The notes: generated from the letters alone by a model not told the origin. A stretch of 63,169 nucleotides of DNA, filler included, from Octopus bimaculoides (GCF_001194135.2; 7 parts of 6 records of this genome joined end to end with filler, not necessarily neighbours in it), one strand, 5' to 3'; shown: positions 1 through 13,732, counted from the first letter of the whole stretch. Numbers and translations: made by a program.

Positions 1-67
1 CGATAACTATTAATTTCCAGTACCGCTGCCGTAGTCTCCTTTAGAGAGACTTAGAAATATTAATAAC

Positions 68-116
<49 letters not shown>

Positions 117-387
117 TCTGCTAGAATGATTTATCTGTATTCCTCTTTAGTAGTTGATATAAGAAACATATTTTCTTTATTTATATTGATGTATTTCATA
201 GTTAAATGAACCTTTCATGTTTGCTTCCTCTTGGTTGTTTGACATTATGTTATTGATAATTTGGAAAGAGCTTGGCATCTTTTGATGTTGTTTATCTGAC
301 ATTTATACTGCAGTCATAGTTATGTCGACAGAGAATATTCAGATTTCGTCAGGTTATTTTTCTTTCTGTTTTTAATTTAAATTTGAG

Positions 388-389
388 TT

Positions 390-435
<46 letters not shown>
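388..435. repeat. poly(T) tract
   Basis: Uninterrupted T run; source of the poly-F/poly-K ORFs in the track. Confidence 0.95.
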
Positions 436-440
<5 letters not shown>

Positions 441-660
441 CCTTTAATATTAAAATATACGAAATTGCAGTCATTATCATCATCGTTTCAACGTCCATTT
501 CTCCATGTTTGCATGGGTCAGTTGTACTTTTCTGTGAATGGATGCCTATCCTGTCACCAACCCTCACCTGTTTCCAAGTAAAGTAATGCTTTACCCATGG
601 CCATGCATGTTTTCTGGGAAGATTGGAACCAAAAGACACTGTTTGTATGACGGTGACTCT

Positions 661-1080
661 TGTTTACAGCTATGACTTTGCCAAGGGAAAGAGGCTAACA
701 CAAACACACACACAAACAAATATATATGCATACATACATACATACGCACACATGTTAATACATACATTTGCACACACACTCACACACAAATATACACGAA
801 CACTCACACGAATAAATAAATACATAGACACAAACACAAATATATACACACACATATTTATATATTCACACACACACACACACACACGTACACACACAAA
901 TACATATACACACACACTGACACAAATGAATAAATACATAGACACAAACACAAAAATATGCACACACATATATACATACACACACATATTAATATATACT
1001 TTCGCGCGCACACACGCACACACAAATACATAGACACACACACACACTCACACAAATACATACAATCACACACACACACA
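661..1080. repeat. Imperfect (CA/TA)n compound microsatellite
   Basis: Directly visible; includes a diverged duplicated block aataaatacatagacacaaacacaaa. Confidence 0.9.
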
Positions 1081-1246
1081 ATGGGCTTCTTTTAGTTTCT
1101 GTCTATCAAACCCATTCACAAAGCTTTAGGTTCACCCAAGGATTTAGTAGAAGAAACTTGTTCAAGGTGGAAAACAAACCCCTTACCACACACCCACACC
1201 TGCTCCTCTGTGTAAAATAAGAAAAAAATTTCAATGAATTATTCTC

Positions 1247-1657
1247 ATAGCTTGCTTACCAACCACATGGTTCCAGGCTCAGTCCCACTGCGTGGCACCT
1301 TGGGCAAATGTATTCAGCTATAGCCTCGGGCTGACCAAAGTGGATTTGGTAGACGGATTTGGTAGATGGAAACTGAAAGAAGCCCGTCGTATATATGTAT
1401 ATGTGTGTGTGCATGTGTGTGTGTGTGTGTGTGTGTGTATGTTTGTGTGTCTGTGTTTGTCCCCCCCCCCAACATCGCTTGACAACCGATGCTGGTGTGT
1501 TTACGTCCCCGTAACTTAGCAGTTCGGCAAAAGAGACCGATAGAATAAGTACTAGGCTTACAAAGAAAAAGTCCTGGGGTCAGTTTGCTCAACTAAAAAG
1601 GCAGTGCTCCAGCATGGCCACAGTCAAATGACTGAAACAAGTAAAAGAGTAAAGAGT
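1247..1657 (+). mobile_element. tRNA-derived SINE family B (internal TA/TG microsatellite)
   Basis: Matches the full copy at 44229-44660: B-box-like ggttcagtccc, gaaactgaaagaagcccgtcg, internal (TG)n, tail gcatggcc...tgactgaaacaagtaaaagag. Confidence 0.85.
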
Positions 1658-2271
1658 ATACATACATACATACATACGTACACATATACACTTTGCCATA
1701 TACACTATACACACACCACATGAACACACATATACACACACATATATGTATATACACACAACAAGCTTCTTTTGCTTTTAGTCTATCAAATCTACTGAAG
1801 ATGTTTCCGTTGGCCTGAGGTTGTAGTTGAAGACACTTGTCTAAGGTACCATGCTGTGGGGCTGAACCCAAAATCTTGTGGTTAGCAAGCAAACTTCTTA
1901 ATTACACTATCATATACGTAAGCAAACGCCACAAGCTATTTCGTCTTATGTTCCACTAATTTTACTGCCCACACACCTTACTGTAAATTTCATCATTTCT
2001 ATTTTTATCTTTCGCTTTACATAACAATTCTTCTTCCACTAATACCTCATTCAGTCAGTCGATTAGTTAGTCAATCCATACCGAGCATGTTTCTTGGGTC
2101 AGGTGGCAGTTTTCTTTCAGAGTTTCATGTCAGGTTGCATCACCTTCTATATTTGATAAGTATCAGTTGACAACCTTCACCTTTTCGCTAATGTCTACCA
2201 CACATTACTGTCCTTTTATTCTTGCTTCAATCATTGGACTGCAGCCATGCTGTAGCATCACCTTGAATGGT

Positions 2272-3215
2272 TTAACCCTTTAGCATTCAGATTACTCTGT
2301 CATGTCAAATGTAATGCTTATATACTCTTTACTCTTTACTCTTTTACGTGGTTCAGTCATTTGACTGCGGCCATGCTGGAGCACTGCCTTTTTAGTCGAG
2401 CAAATCAACCCCAGGGCTTATTATTTGGAAGCCTAGTACTTATTCTATTGGTCTCTTTTGCTGAACCGCTAATTAACAGGGACGTAAACGCACCAGCATC
2501 GATTGTCAAGCAATGTTAGGGGGACAAACACAGACATACAAACATATATACACACATACATATACANNNNNNNNNNNNNNNNNNNNNNNNNNNNNNNNNN
2601 NNNNNNNNNNNNNNNNNNNNNNNNNNNNNNNNNNNNNNNNNNNNNNNNNNNNNNNNNNNNNNNNNNNNNNNNNNNNNNNNNNNNNNNNNNNNNNNNNNNN
2701 NNNNNNNNNNNNNNNNNNNNNNNNNNNNNNNNNNNNNNNNNNNNNNNNNNNNNNNNNNNNNNNNNNNNNNNNNNNNNNNNNNNNNNNNNNNNNNNNNNNN
2801 NNNNNNNNNNNNNNNNNNNNNNNNATATATATATATATATAGATATATACGATGGGCTTCTTTCAGTTTCCGTCTACCAAATCCACTCGCAAGGCTTTGG
2901 TCGCCCCAAGGCTTTGGTCGCCCCAAGGCTATAGTAGAAGACACTTGTCCAAGGTGCCACGCAGTGGGACTGAACCCAGAACCATGTGGTTGGCAAGCAA
3001 GCTACTTACCACACAGCCACTCCTGCGCCTATATTCACGTTGTTTTTTTCAATTAATTATGCATTATCTAGCAGTTTTGAGATTTCAATGCTGTGATTAT
3101 TTATTTAGTTTTAGAATGACATTGTAGGATATGTGTGCAAGACCAGATCTGGTCAGTTTAAATATAAAAGAAGAATATTTGGGACTGATATGGTTGGTTT
3201 GAATACTAAACATTT
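2272..3215. mobile_element. piggyBac-type MITE family F, interrupted by a SINE B
   Basis: Left end ttaaccctttagcattcagattac at 2272; the body resumes at about 3030; homologous to the intact copy at 57501-57728. Confidence 0.75.
2324..3024 (-). mobile_element. SINE family B, full length, gap inside its microsatellite
   Basis: Reverse complement of 44229-44660 (ends ccacacagccactcc); contains a 17-bp tandem duplication aaggctttggtcgcccc. Confidence 0.85.
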
Positions 3216-3410
3216 AGTCAAGCAAATCTACCTCAGTATTTATTTTACGTCCTGTCCTTATTGTATTAGTCCCTTTCTTGCATAGGTTGGGGTCAATAAA
3301 TTAGAATACTAGCTATCGAGTACTAGGGTCAATTTAATTGACTAACTTCCCTCTCTTCAAAATTGCTGACCATCTGACTGTGTTTCAAGCAATTATCAAA
3401 CACTGCATTA

Positions 3411-3698
3411 GAAAATCATTCGAGCGAGGTCGTTGCCAGTGCCGCTGGACTGGCTCCCGTGCAGGTGGCACGTAAAATACACCATCCTGAGCGTGGCTGT
3501 TGCCAGCACTGTGTGACTGGCCCTCGTGCCGGTGGCACGAAAAAGCACCCACTGCACTCTCGGAGTGGTTGGCGTTGGGAAGGGCATCCAGCTGTAGAAA
3601 CTCTGCCAGATCAGATTGGAGCCCGGTGCAGCCTTCTGGTTCCCCAGTCCTCAGTCAAATCGTCCAACCCATGCTAGCATGGAAAACAGATGTTAAAC

Positions 3699-3734
<36 letters not shown>
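3411..3734 (+). mobile_element. Interspersed retroposon family D with LINE-like tail ending (GAT)n
   Basis: ggaagggcatccagctgtagaaactctgcc...cccatgctagcatggaaa..gttaaacgatgatg is shared with 6995-7378 and 56968-57153. Confidence 0.8.
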
Positions 3735-3735
<1 letters not shown>

Positions 3736-4030
3736 CATTATCTAACTTATTCTTCATTAAGAAAGAGTGATATTTAAAGATTTGATTGTTATTTCTTGTC
3801 GGTTGTGCTTCAGTTACTATTGTTCAACCCAAGTCAACTGTGATGGAACATATCTATGGTGAAAAATGTACCAACTATAGTCATTCCATTTCTTTTACGG
3901 TTGCGAAATATTCCATTATTTAATACCAAAGTAGGAACATCCTTTATATTTGAAGGCCACTTATAATTAAGTGTGGTCCAAGAATTGCAAATTACAAGAA
4001 GATTTTATTAAATATTTAATTGATTTCTTG

Positions 4031-4237
4031 ACATTCAGATTACTCCGTCAAATGTAATGCTTATATATTCACATTGTTTTGAATTAATCATGTATTATCT
4101 TGCAGCTTTGAGATTTTCATGATGTGATTGTTTATTTTTGGAAGGACATTGTAGGGTTGGTGTGAGAGGCTGGATCTCGTTGATTTGAACATAAAACAAG
4201 TAGAATATTTAGGCTGGTTTGAATGCTAAGGGGTTAA
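4031..4237. mobile_element. piggyBac-type MITE family F, left end eroded
   Basis: Right end gaatgctaaggggttaa; body matches 57501-57728. Confidence 0.75.
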
Positions 4238-4282
4238 ACTTGTATGAAGTGTGATTGCTTTTATTATGAGAATGTAGAAAAA

Positions 4283-4616
4283 GACCCCCTTTGATCATGA
4301 ATGACCATTGGATTGCACCTAGAAAGTTACCCTCTGAGGCACAAGTCCGGACAAGGTTGTTTATGGAAAACCAGCAGTTGCCCATGCATACCAGCCTCCT
4401 CTCTCCATACCACCAGTGTTATCCAGGGGAAAGGCAATGGCTGATACATCTTGGCATCTGTGACGTTGCAACTTATTTCTACAGCTGGGTGAACTGGAGC
4501 AGCATGAAATATAGTATCTTGCTGAAGAACGCAACACACAGCCTGGTCTGGGAATCGAACCCACTACCTCATGATTGTGAGCCTGATGCTCTAACCACTG
4601 AGCCATGTGCCTTCAC
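4283..4616 (-). mobile_element. tRNA-derived SINE family E
   Basis: tRNA-like head on the minus strand (rc of gggaatcgaaccc...ctctaaccactgagcc) plus cagctgggtgaactggagc...cttgctgaagaacgcaac, shared with other copies. Confidence 0.75.
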
Positions 4617-4979
4617 ACATATGAGAACATAAATATAGATATGAGGCATGGGCATTGCTTTGAGGTTAAGGGCACTTCTCAACTACATGGCTGTAGATTG
4701 AGTCCTGTTGTGTGGCACCTTGAGCAAATGTTTTCTATTATTGTACTAGAATAACCAATACTTTGTTAAGGAATCTGCTAGACAGAAACAGAAGCTGGTT
4801 GTGTGTGTGTATACATGCCGACATGAATGCTTAGAAAACTATGCTGAGCTGACTTTACGGTTTGTGGCTCATCTCCAAGTGGTGAGGTCATTGTTTGTGT
4901 TTAGGCAGTAGCTGTGAAGTTTGGTGGAATTTCCTGTTAATGAACCGTGTTCTAGCTGTACACTTTTGGATTCCGCTGA

Positions 4980-5022
<43 letters not shown>

Positions 5023-5040
5023 TTAATAATAATAATAATT

Positions 5041-5254
5041 CAAACTGACAGAAAGATAGACGCAAATAGGCCAGACATCATACTGAAAGACTTCAGACAA
5101 AAATCATGCCTCCTCATTGATATGACTGTCCCAATTGATATAAACGTATCTGTCAAGACCTACCAAAAACTGAGCAAATATAAAGATCTCGAAATAGAAA
5201 TTAGCAAAATGTGGAATCTGAAGACGAAAACAATACCTATTGTCATAGGTGCCC
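5041..5254 (+). mobile_element. R4/Dong-clade non-LTR retrotransposon, restriction-like endonuclease fragment (5'-truncated, runs into gap)
   Basis: QTDRKIDANRPDIILKDFRQKSCLLIDMTVPIDINVSVKTYQKLSKYKDLEIEISKMWNLKTKTIPIVIGALG contains the PD..D/E-x-K pattern and KxxKY/IGALG motifs of REL-type LINEs; no stops in the visible part. Confidence 0.85.
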
Positions 5255-6006
5255 TGGGAATGACAGCGAAACGGGCTGATTACTACCTAGCTCANNNNNN
5301 NNNNNNNNNNNNNNNNNNNNNNNNNNNNNNNNNNNNNNNNNNNNNNNNNNNNNNNNNNNNNNNNNNNNNNNNNNNNNNNNNNNNNNNNNNNNNNNNNNNN
5401 NNNNNNNNNNNNNNNNNNNNNNNNNNNNNNNNNNNNNNNNNNNNNNNNNNNNNNNNNNNNNNNNNNNNNNNNNNNNNNNNNNNNNNNNNNNNNNNNNNNN
5501 NNNNNNNNNNNNNNNNNNNNNNNNNNNNNNNNNNNNNNNNNNNNNNNNNNNNNNNNNNNNNNNNNNNNNNNNNNNNNNNNNNNNNNNNNNNNNNNNNNNN
5601 NNNNNNNNNNNNNNNNNNNNNNNNNNNNNNNNNNNNNNNNNNNNNNNNNNNNNNNNNNNNNNNNNNNNNNNNNNNNNNNNNNNNNNNNNNNNNNNNNNNN
5701 NNNNNNNNNNNNNNNNNNNNNNNNNNNNNNNNNNNNNNNNNNNNNNNNNNNNNNNNNNNNNNNNNNNNNNNNNNNNNNNNNNNNNNNNNNNNNNNNNNNN
5801 NNNNNNNNNNNNNNNNNNNNNNNNNNNNNNNNNNNNNNNNNNNNNNNNNNNNNNNNNNNNNNNNNNNNNNNNNNNNNNNNNNNNNNNNNNNNNNNNNNNN
5901 NNNNNNNNNNNNNNNNNNNNNNNNNNNNNNNNNNNNNNNNNNNNNNNNNNNNNNNNNNNNNNNNNNNNNNNNNNNNNNNNNNNNNNNNNNNNNNNNNNNN
6001 NNNNNN

Positions 6007-6107
6007 GGCACCTTGGGCAAGTGTCTTCTACTATAGCCACGGGCCGACCAAATCCTTGTGAGTGGATTTGGTAGACGGAAACTGAAAGAAGCCCGTCGTA
6101 TATATGG

Positions 6108-6139
<32 letters not shown>

Positions 6140-6345
6140 GTTTATGTGTCTGTGTTTGTCCCCCCAACATCGCTTGACAACTGATGCTGGTGTGTTTACG
6201 TCCCCTGTCAGCTAGCGGTTCAGCAAAAGAGACCGATAGAATAAGTACTAGGCTTACAAGGAATAAGTCCTGGGGTCGATTTGATAGACTAAAGGCGGTG
6301 CTCCAGCATGGCCGCAGTCAAATGACTGAAACAAGTGAAAGAGGA
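6007..6345 (+). mobile_element. SINE family B, 5' end in gap
   Basis: Matches 44229-44660. Confidence 0.85.
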
Positions 6346-6994
6346 AAAGCGAGAATAAACGTTATACTCTGTAATTATCAAACATGTATTTTTTTAATGC
6401 AAAATCCAAACTTCTTCAGATGGCTGCATTTAAGAGCTGCAGTGCTTGTAGATTCCCCATTCTTGTATGTCCTTTATTATTCAAAATAATTTAATGTAAT
6501 TTCAGGAAAATTTAGTTGCTATTTCTAGGATCTCAAATGACCACATAGGCTCATTACTGATTTGTTTCTTATAGTTGTTGTTGTTGTTGGTGGTGGTGGT
6601 AATGTCTTTGAAGATTAAAGTAATTTTAATATATAATCAGAAATTGTGACTTGTTACTAATGACGAGTATTAAGTAGCATTCACAATATACCATATTCTT
6701 TCAGCTGATAAAATGTTCGTCTGTTTGTCTGTCTGTTTGTCTGTCTGTCTATCTTATGGCCCTTGCCTTCCCATATCTCACTAAACCACTTATAATTGTA
6801 ATTTACACATTTCTTATCAACATTTCAAAATGGCTCTCATAAGCCATTTGTTAAGCACTTTGTACATTATAGGTCAAAGAGAAGAAGAAAAAAAAATCAC
6901 CTTTTTGGTGAAGTAGTTCCAGACTCAACATTATCCTGTTGTGTTTCAAATATTTGAATATTCATTTCCTTAATCCTACCATAATAATTCCAGA

Positions 6995-7378
6995 CATCAT
7001 CATCATCGTCGTTTAACGTCCGCTTTCCATGCTAGCATGGGTTGGACGATTTGACTGAGGACTGGTTAAACCGGATGGCTACACCAGGCTCCAATCTGAT
7101 TTGGCAGAGTTTCTACAGCTGGATGCCCTTCCTAACGCCAACCACTCAGAGAGTGTAGTGGGTGCTTTTACGTGCCACCAGCACGAAGGCCAGTCAGGCG
7201 GTACTGGCAATGGTCACGCTCAAAGTGGTGTATTTTATGTGCCACCCGCACAAGAGCCAGTCCAGGGGCACTGGCAACGATCTCACTCGAAAGTCCATTA
7301 CACATGCCACGGGCACAAGTGCCAGAAAGGCGACGCTGGGCACAGGTGCCATCCCGATTTCGCTTTCGCTTGCCCCAA
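6995..7378 (-). mobile_element. Retroposon family D
   Basis: Reverse complement of the 3411-3734 tail, starting with (CAT)n. Confidence 0.8.
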
Positions 7379-8029
7379 TACGTCTTTGCAGATATCATTT
7401 CTGGAATTTTGTCTGTTGACTGCTTTCCATGACCCTCCTGCTGAGGACGACAATACGATGACAGTGATGATGCTCTCTACTGTCGGTACAGGGCCTGAAA
7501 TATTGGCGGAGGGCAGTTGTTGAATTAATCAAACCCTGTGCTCAACTGGTATTTTCATCCCAAAAGAATGAAAAGCAAAACCGAACTTGGTGGAAATTGA
7601 ACTCAGAATGCAGAGATGGACAAAATGCTACTGTGCATTTTTCCCTGCGTGCTAATGGTCAATGTTTTATGTTTACTTTCCATGTTGGTGTGAGTTGGAC
7701 AGTCATTTCTCTGCTCCTAGATAGATCACTTCATGCTCATCAGTTTAAATTTTGGTCAATTCCTACTACCAGATACTTTTCCTAACACCAACCAATTTAT
7801 CTAGTGCATTATTTTTTGCATTGCATTACCAAAGAGGTTGTTATGTCTTTGACAAGACTAAAGGGACCTCTTGGCCCCACCCACTTTTAACTGATGCTGT
7901 GATAAAATGCACCCAGAAGGGATAAGGGTGACTGTGTGATGTATAAGAAGACGTGTTTAAATGATGGAGGTGAAAGATGGGCATTGATAATGAACAGTCT
8001 GTCGGGCAGGGCTATAGATGGTGTGTACA

Positions 8030-8284
8030 GGTAAGGTAAAGTTACCTTCTTTAGTCATAGTGACTCATAACAGCCGGTTTCCTATTTTCCATGGCACATA
8101 AATTCCCCACCTGGGTGGGACACTGATCTGTCGCAGGGTTGGTCACTTTTGCCAGCTGAGTGGACTGGAGCAATGTGAAATGAAGTGTTTTGCTCAACAA
8201 CACAACGCGTCGCTCGGACCAGGAATTGAAATCACAGTCTTACGATCATGATGCTGACACCCTAACCACTAAGCCATATGCCTC
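8030..8284 (-). mobile_element. SINE family E
   Basis: cagctgagtggactggagcaatgtgaaatgaagtgttttgctcaa...ccctaaccactaagcc. Confidence 0.75.
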
Positions 8285-8623
8285 TACAGATGGGGTATAT
8301 GGGGATATATACATGCTTGATGAGGTCCCTTAAGGATTTACCCCAAAATGAATGGGAGAGTGAGGGTTGATAAAGATGAGAAGGTGCACTTATAGGCTGA
8401 GTATATGGACTGTATATATATATGATGATGTTCCTTAAACTTTAGGATGGGTAAGAAAGTGAGGGTGATAAAGGTAAGAGAGTGGAGTGGGGCTGTTGGT
8501 TAGGTCAGATAGGTGCAATGGTGGTGAAAATAGTAACTGCTGCAATAATAGCTCCATTATAAATTGTCACATGCCCTGAATAATAAAATTACAATATTAA
8601 AAATACTTTAATGTTCTGCATCA

Positions 8624-8668
<45 letters not shown>

Positions 8669-9451
8669 CTTGATTCTAAAGTTGAAGCTTTGTCAAGCTT
8701 TGTTTATGAAGTCCTCTTTTGTTTGTGTATTACAATGGAGAAATTAAAAATATTGATACATTTACCATATAACATTCATGGACAAGTTTTCATAATGTCT
8801 CTATAAATAACATCATACATGTCTATTTATATAAAAAAAAAAAAACCACTGGAATCTTTTCAGTGAAACGTGATTCTCTGACCTGTCAATGAGGACAGCA
8901 ACTCCCGAATGAGAAATAATTCTGATTGAGAACTAAATACGATGATGATAACAAGAATAACTTCCACTAATCCAGCATTTAACCAAGTGGTTCTCAAGCA
9001 GTATGCCCCAAGGAGTATCTAAGGAGTCTATGGATTTTTAAAAATACAATTTAAGGCATTAGAAAATAATAATGTTTGTGAGTTTAGGTATTCGTAATTT
9101 TGTTTCAAACACAAATACAATTAATATAAGGTAAGCAATAGCTTTTTATATTTTTTCCTAGATTTTTAACTTTAAAGCACGTTTTCTTTTTAAACCTTCC
9201 ATGGGAAACGAACCATTCATTGATATACAGGGAACTCATTAAAGATATTTTTTTTTTAATGTATCTTTTTTTTAAGTGGTTGGGGAGCAATTTTGTTGCT
9301 ATTTCTAGCAGGCCAAGGAATTATACAGAAACCTACTGTTGGTTTTGTAGTAACAGTTACAACAACTATAACTGAAATAGGGCTTGTGTTATATCACTAA
9401 TGTAAGGAGAATTGTTTCTTAATATTGTTTCACCTGTTGTTAATGGGTCCT

Positions 9452-9846
9452 GCATGGAGGCGCAATGGCCCAGTGGTTAGGGCAGCGGACTCGCGGTCAT
9501 AGGATTGCGGTTTTGATTCCCAGACCGGGCGTTGTGAGTGTTTATTGAGCGAAAACACCTAAAGCTCCACGAGGCTCCGGCAGGGGATGGTGGCGAACCC
9601 TGCTGTACTCTTTCACCACAACTTTCTCTCACTCTTACTTCCTGTTTCTGTTGTGCCTGTAATTCAAAGGGTCAGCCTTGTCACACTGTGTCATGCTGAA
9701 TATCTCCGAGAACTACGTTAAGGGTACACGTGTCTGTGTAGTGCTCAGCCGCTTGCACGTTAATTTCATGAGCAGGCTGTTCCGTTGTTCGGATCAACTG
9801 GAGCCCTCGACATCGTAAGTGACGGAGTGCCAACAACAACAACAAC
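9452..9846 (+). mobile_element. tRNA-derived SINE family A, full length, 10-bp TSD
   Basis: A/B-box head ggcgcaatggcccagtggttagggc...ttgattccc, (AAC)n tail, TSD aatgggtcct at 9442-9451 and 9847-9856; second copy at 23401-23775. Confidence 0.9.
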
Positions 9847-9924
9847 AATGGGTCCTTGATAGGTTTCAATGATGATGCTTTGGTCAATAAACTTGTTAAA
9901 CTAATGTGGCCTGAAATTTGATGG

Positions 9925-10076
9925 GAGGGGACTAGTTGATTCACTGGTACTTAATTTACCAACCTTTGAACGGTGAAGTTGACCTCAGTGGAATTTGAAC
10001 TCAGAAGGTAGCAATGATTGAAATGCCGCTAAGCATTTTGTCGCACATGCTAAAGATTCAGCCAGCTCGCCGCCTT
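9925..10076 (-). mobile_element. SINE family C, partial
   Basis: Reverse complement of the head ggcggcgagctggc...ttctgagttcaaattcc seen at 16158-16391. Confidence 0.7.
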
Positions 10077-10244
10077 CAATAATAATAATAATAATAATAA
10101 TGATGACATGGAAGTATGAATAATGTTGATAAATAGAAATTAATGTTTTATAGGAAGAGCGAGAATTAACTTTGGTTATAAAGGTTACAATATTATGATA
10201 TAAAGAGACGAAGAGCAAGTGTATGAACTCTGTTATATTGTCTG

Positions 10245-10281
<37 letters not shown>

Positions 10282-10716
10282 NNNNNNNNNNNNNNNNNNN
10301 NNNNNNNNNNNNNNNNNNNNNNNNNNNNNNNNNNNNNNNNNNNNNNNNNNNNNNNNNNNNNNNNNNNNNNNNNNNNNNNNNAACTACATAATAGGCAGAA
10401 TTGTCGGATTAAGACAGTAGGGTGTTCTGAGAGAGATTTGGCTGCTATATCTACCAGGTCCAGCTACCATGTAGAGGTCTGAACTTAATTTTCATTCACA
10501 TATTTGTATTTCAAAAATTTAACATAATCTTTTCCATAAATCAACTATCGTAAACATTTTATACGATGACCTCACATTTTCTATGTATGTGTGTGTACCT
10601 TAAAAGATCTCAATCATCGCGACACACACTTTCAATCACTCACTCTACCTCTTTTTCTCACCCTCTTTCTCTCTCACATACACAAGCGCGCGCGCGCACA
10701 CACACGCACATACACG

Positions 10717-10771
<55 letters not shown>

Positions 10772-11942
10772 CCATTTCATATATCTTCTTTCAACTTCTA
10801 CTCTCTGCAAATAAATTTTTTTACGCATACAACTGCTTACAAAAAATAGGGATTAGTGTATAATTTCTTTCTATTTTCATAATTAAATCAATGTTCTAAT
10901 GATTAGACAGAGGTCCAATAGAATATCTCTCAGAAACAGAGTGCGTGCAAATTCATTCTTCTGAACTCCAAAAGCTGTTTTCTGACAAGTGGGGTGTGGG
11001 GAGTCAGGAAATTTTCATACAGCTGGAAGCTCCAATCGAAACAGAGGGACCCGAAATGATAAGGTAGAGAATGATACTGACGCCCTAACCACTAAGCCAC
11101 GCGTTTCCACATGTACATACACATACATACTTTAATTGTACACATCTATCTCTGAAATTATAAATATGAAAATGTTCAGTTCACTGTAGTTACAACTTCG
11201 AAAATACACCTTGTTGTTATTTGACTGAGAGCAGTTTTATGTTGTATGTGTGTCTGAGATAACTGAGAAGTGTAATTCCTTGCTTATAGTTAAGAACAGT
11301 GGAGAATGAAGTCGTTAGCATCAGTTAGTGAATAGAGTGTCAAAGTTCTGCTTCATAGATCGAATATTCCTCTCCTGTCATCACATCTGTTTTGTCTAAC
11401 TTCTAATGATAATTAAAAAATACTGAGAGACGCTGCTATAAAGCATTCCAGTGTGAATTTGTCATTATCGAAAATGGAACCACCAGATATTTTAATTACA
11501 TTGCTAATTAATGTGAGCAAAGCATAGTTATTGTGTACTCAGGTGTATCGGATGTTGACAGAAGTGAGTTAGGACGATTATCAGCAAAAACATAAAACAG
11601 ATATTTTTCTGCAAAGTCATAACCTTCATCAAATTTGACTTTGTTCTGGTTGTGAAGATCCGCATCATACAGATGGGTATCTGTGGATGTGTCTCAAGAG
11701 ATTTTTACAAGAAGTTGTCATTGCAAATACATTTTCATCGAGGAAAATGATATAGTGTGCAAGTCATCGAGGTGATGTCTTATTGACCGTATGACATGGT
11801 GAGCATTAAAAAGATAGCCACTTTCACTTACTGCACATCAAAGATACGTTCGCTTTTTGATCTAGGAAAAATTAAATAGACTCATTTTCATGGGTCCTTG
11901 GAAAAATAAGTACCATCACATTTTATTAAAAAAAGTTATTAC

Positions 11943-11996
<54 letters not shown>

Positions 11997-13732
11997 TAGA
12001 AAGGATTGAGGTAACTCCTTCTGAAGATATAGAGTCAAAATTAAAAATGAAGAGTGCTGTTGTTATCTTGTGAAGAGTTGAAAATAACTAACAAAACCGT
12101 TGAGTATAACCAAAATACCAGAACTTTAATTAAGAGGCCAATAGCATTTATGGAATAAATATGCAATTCTTTAGAGAGTTCTTTCATTTACCTCTGAAAT
12201 GTGTTAACTTCTTTTGGTGAGCTCTTCTTTTATTCACCAGTCTAATGATTTATTTTCTATCTTTTTTTTTTATCTCTATTTTTTTTCCGACTGGACTCTT
12301 GTTACTTCCGAATTCACAGTACCATTCCACCTTCTTTACGTTGCCAAGTTTACTATTTTCGCAGCCAGTTCGAAACCTTCCACCGTTCACATTAACCGCC
12401 GAAATCAACTTCACATCCGACACCTTCGACTAAAATAAGTTCCAATACTGGGAAGACTAGGGTCTCTTACTAGGCATTGTACGTCTGCTTTAGCTCCTTG
12501 TTTATTTATGTTTTTCTCTTTTTTTTCTGGTTGTCCTCAGCAGCTTTCTATTTTCCTTCAACTTTTTTTTATCATCATTGTCACAAGACGATGAGGTGGT
12601 GCAGCTAGGAGGAAGGACTTCGGTTTGGTGGATATCAACTTCGTCATTGATTTTCTTATTGCATCTTGATCGCCAGCTCTTGGGCCTGAGGGATAGGTGA
12701 TTTCTTAGCATGTTTCAGGAACTGCCACCGATGGTTCCCTGAGAACACATTTTCCTGTTGCTGTCACTTGTATTATCTTCACTATTTTCGATCCCACCTG
12801 GTAGAAATCCACCGCGTAGCCCTCTATTTTCTACATTGTCCCTCCATTTTAATGGTTTTTCTTTTTGCATGTAAGGTGAGGCATTCACCCGGAATATCTC
12901 TGTGGTCTTCGAGAATCATTTGGACTTGTAGACCTGTATGTCCATGAGACCCAATCCCACCACATACTGTTTCTGCTTGCCTCAACGTACAGTTCAGATA
13001 GACGTCGAAGTAACGACGAACCATGAGTCGATATCATTGCCAATACTCTTGAATATAACCTGTGATTCATATAAAATTTGTGACACAAGCTGCTTTTGGA
13101 CAGAAATATGACACACCAGGCTGACTTGTCGCCTTGCCTTGTTCTCATTCTGGAAGATCAGGTATACACTCCATTATGCCCTGCCTCGGTCGAAGGAAAC
13201 TACTCTCCACACATCAGTTAGACCTTCTCTCAAATGCCTTTTGGGAGCAAGTGAAACATCGTACATCATTTGTAAAGAAGAGGCTGGTTTACTTGCTCCA
13301 CACTCGGTCTCAGATAAATCCCTCAGGCAACGAGGTACTCTTTTTTGTAACAAACTGCCACCGTGTATTTCTTCTGTGGCGGCCTCTCAGTAATGTTTAA
13401 CAGTTCTCTGTGATTAGAAACACAAAATTGTTGATAATGATTTTTGTTTGTATCGTGTAAATTAATATTTTCACTTGTTCAAATTGCGTGAAAACAAACT
13501 CTGATTTTAACAACACAAAGTAAAAATAACGCAATGAAAAAAAAAAAAAAAATGAATGTCTAAAAACATATCTGTTATGTCTACCCCAGGTATGAGGCAA
13601 ATATCCACATGTTCTTACGGTTCTCTGTTTGAAAATAATCTGAAAAATAGACAACTTTTCATTCAGTAAACTTGGCAAAAATCCACATTCAAACAGAGCG
13701 TGAAATCACACGTCTGTTCGCGGCAAACACAA

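Noticed and set aside
6901-6935. Possible 35-nt minus-strand micro-exon (cag/GATAATGTTGAG...AAAAG/gtgatt)
   Set aside because: Splice-like ends occur by chance at this length, and there are no partner exons or recognisable peptide.
9452-9530. tRNA-like cloverleaf heads here and at other SINE copies
   Set aside because: They continue into SINE bodies with TSDs and lack a proper acceptor stem and terminator, so they are not tRNA genes.
11530-11830. 61-codon minus frame (DTHLYDADLHNQNKVKFDEGYDFAEKYLFYVF...) or very old mariner on the plus strand
   Set aside because: Two incompatible weak readings, poor splice signals, and no motif I can verify.
12300-13400. Coding-like stretch, possibly an L1/Tx1 ORF1 relic on the minus strand
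   Set aside because: Many stops and only vague resemblance; cannot be assigned without a profile search.
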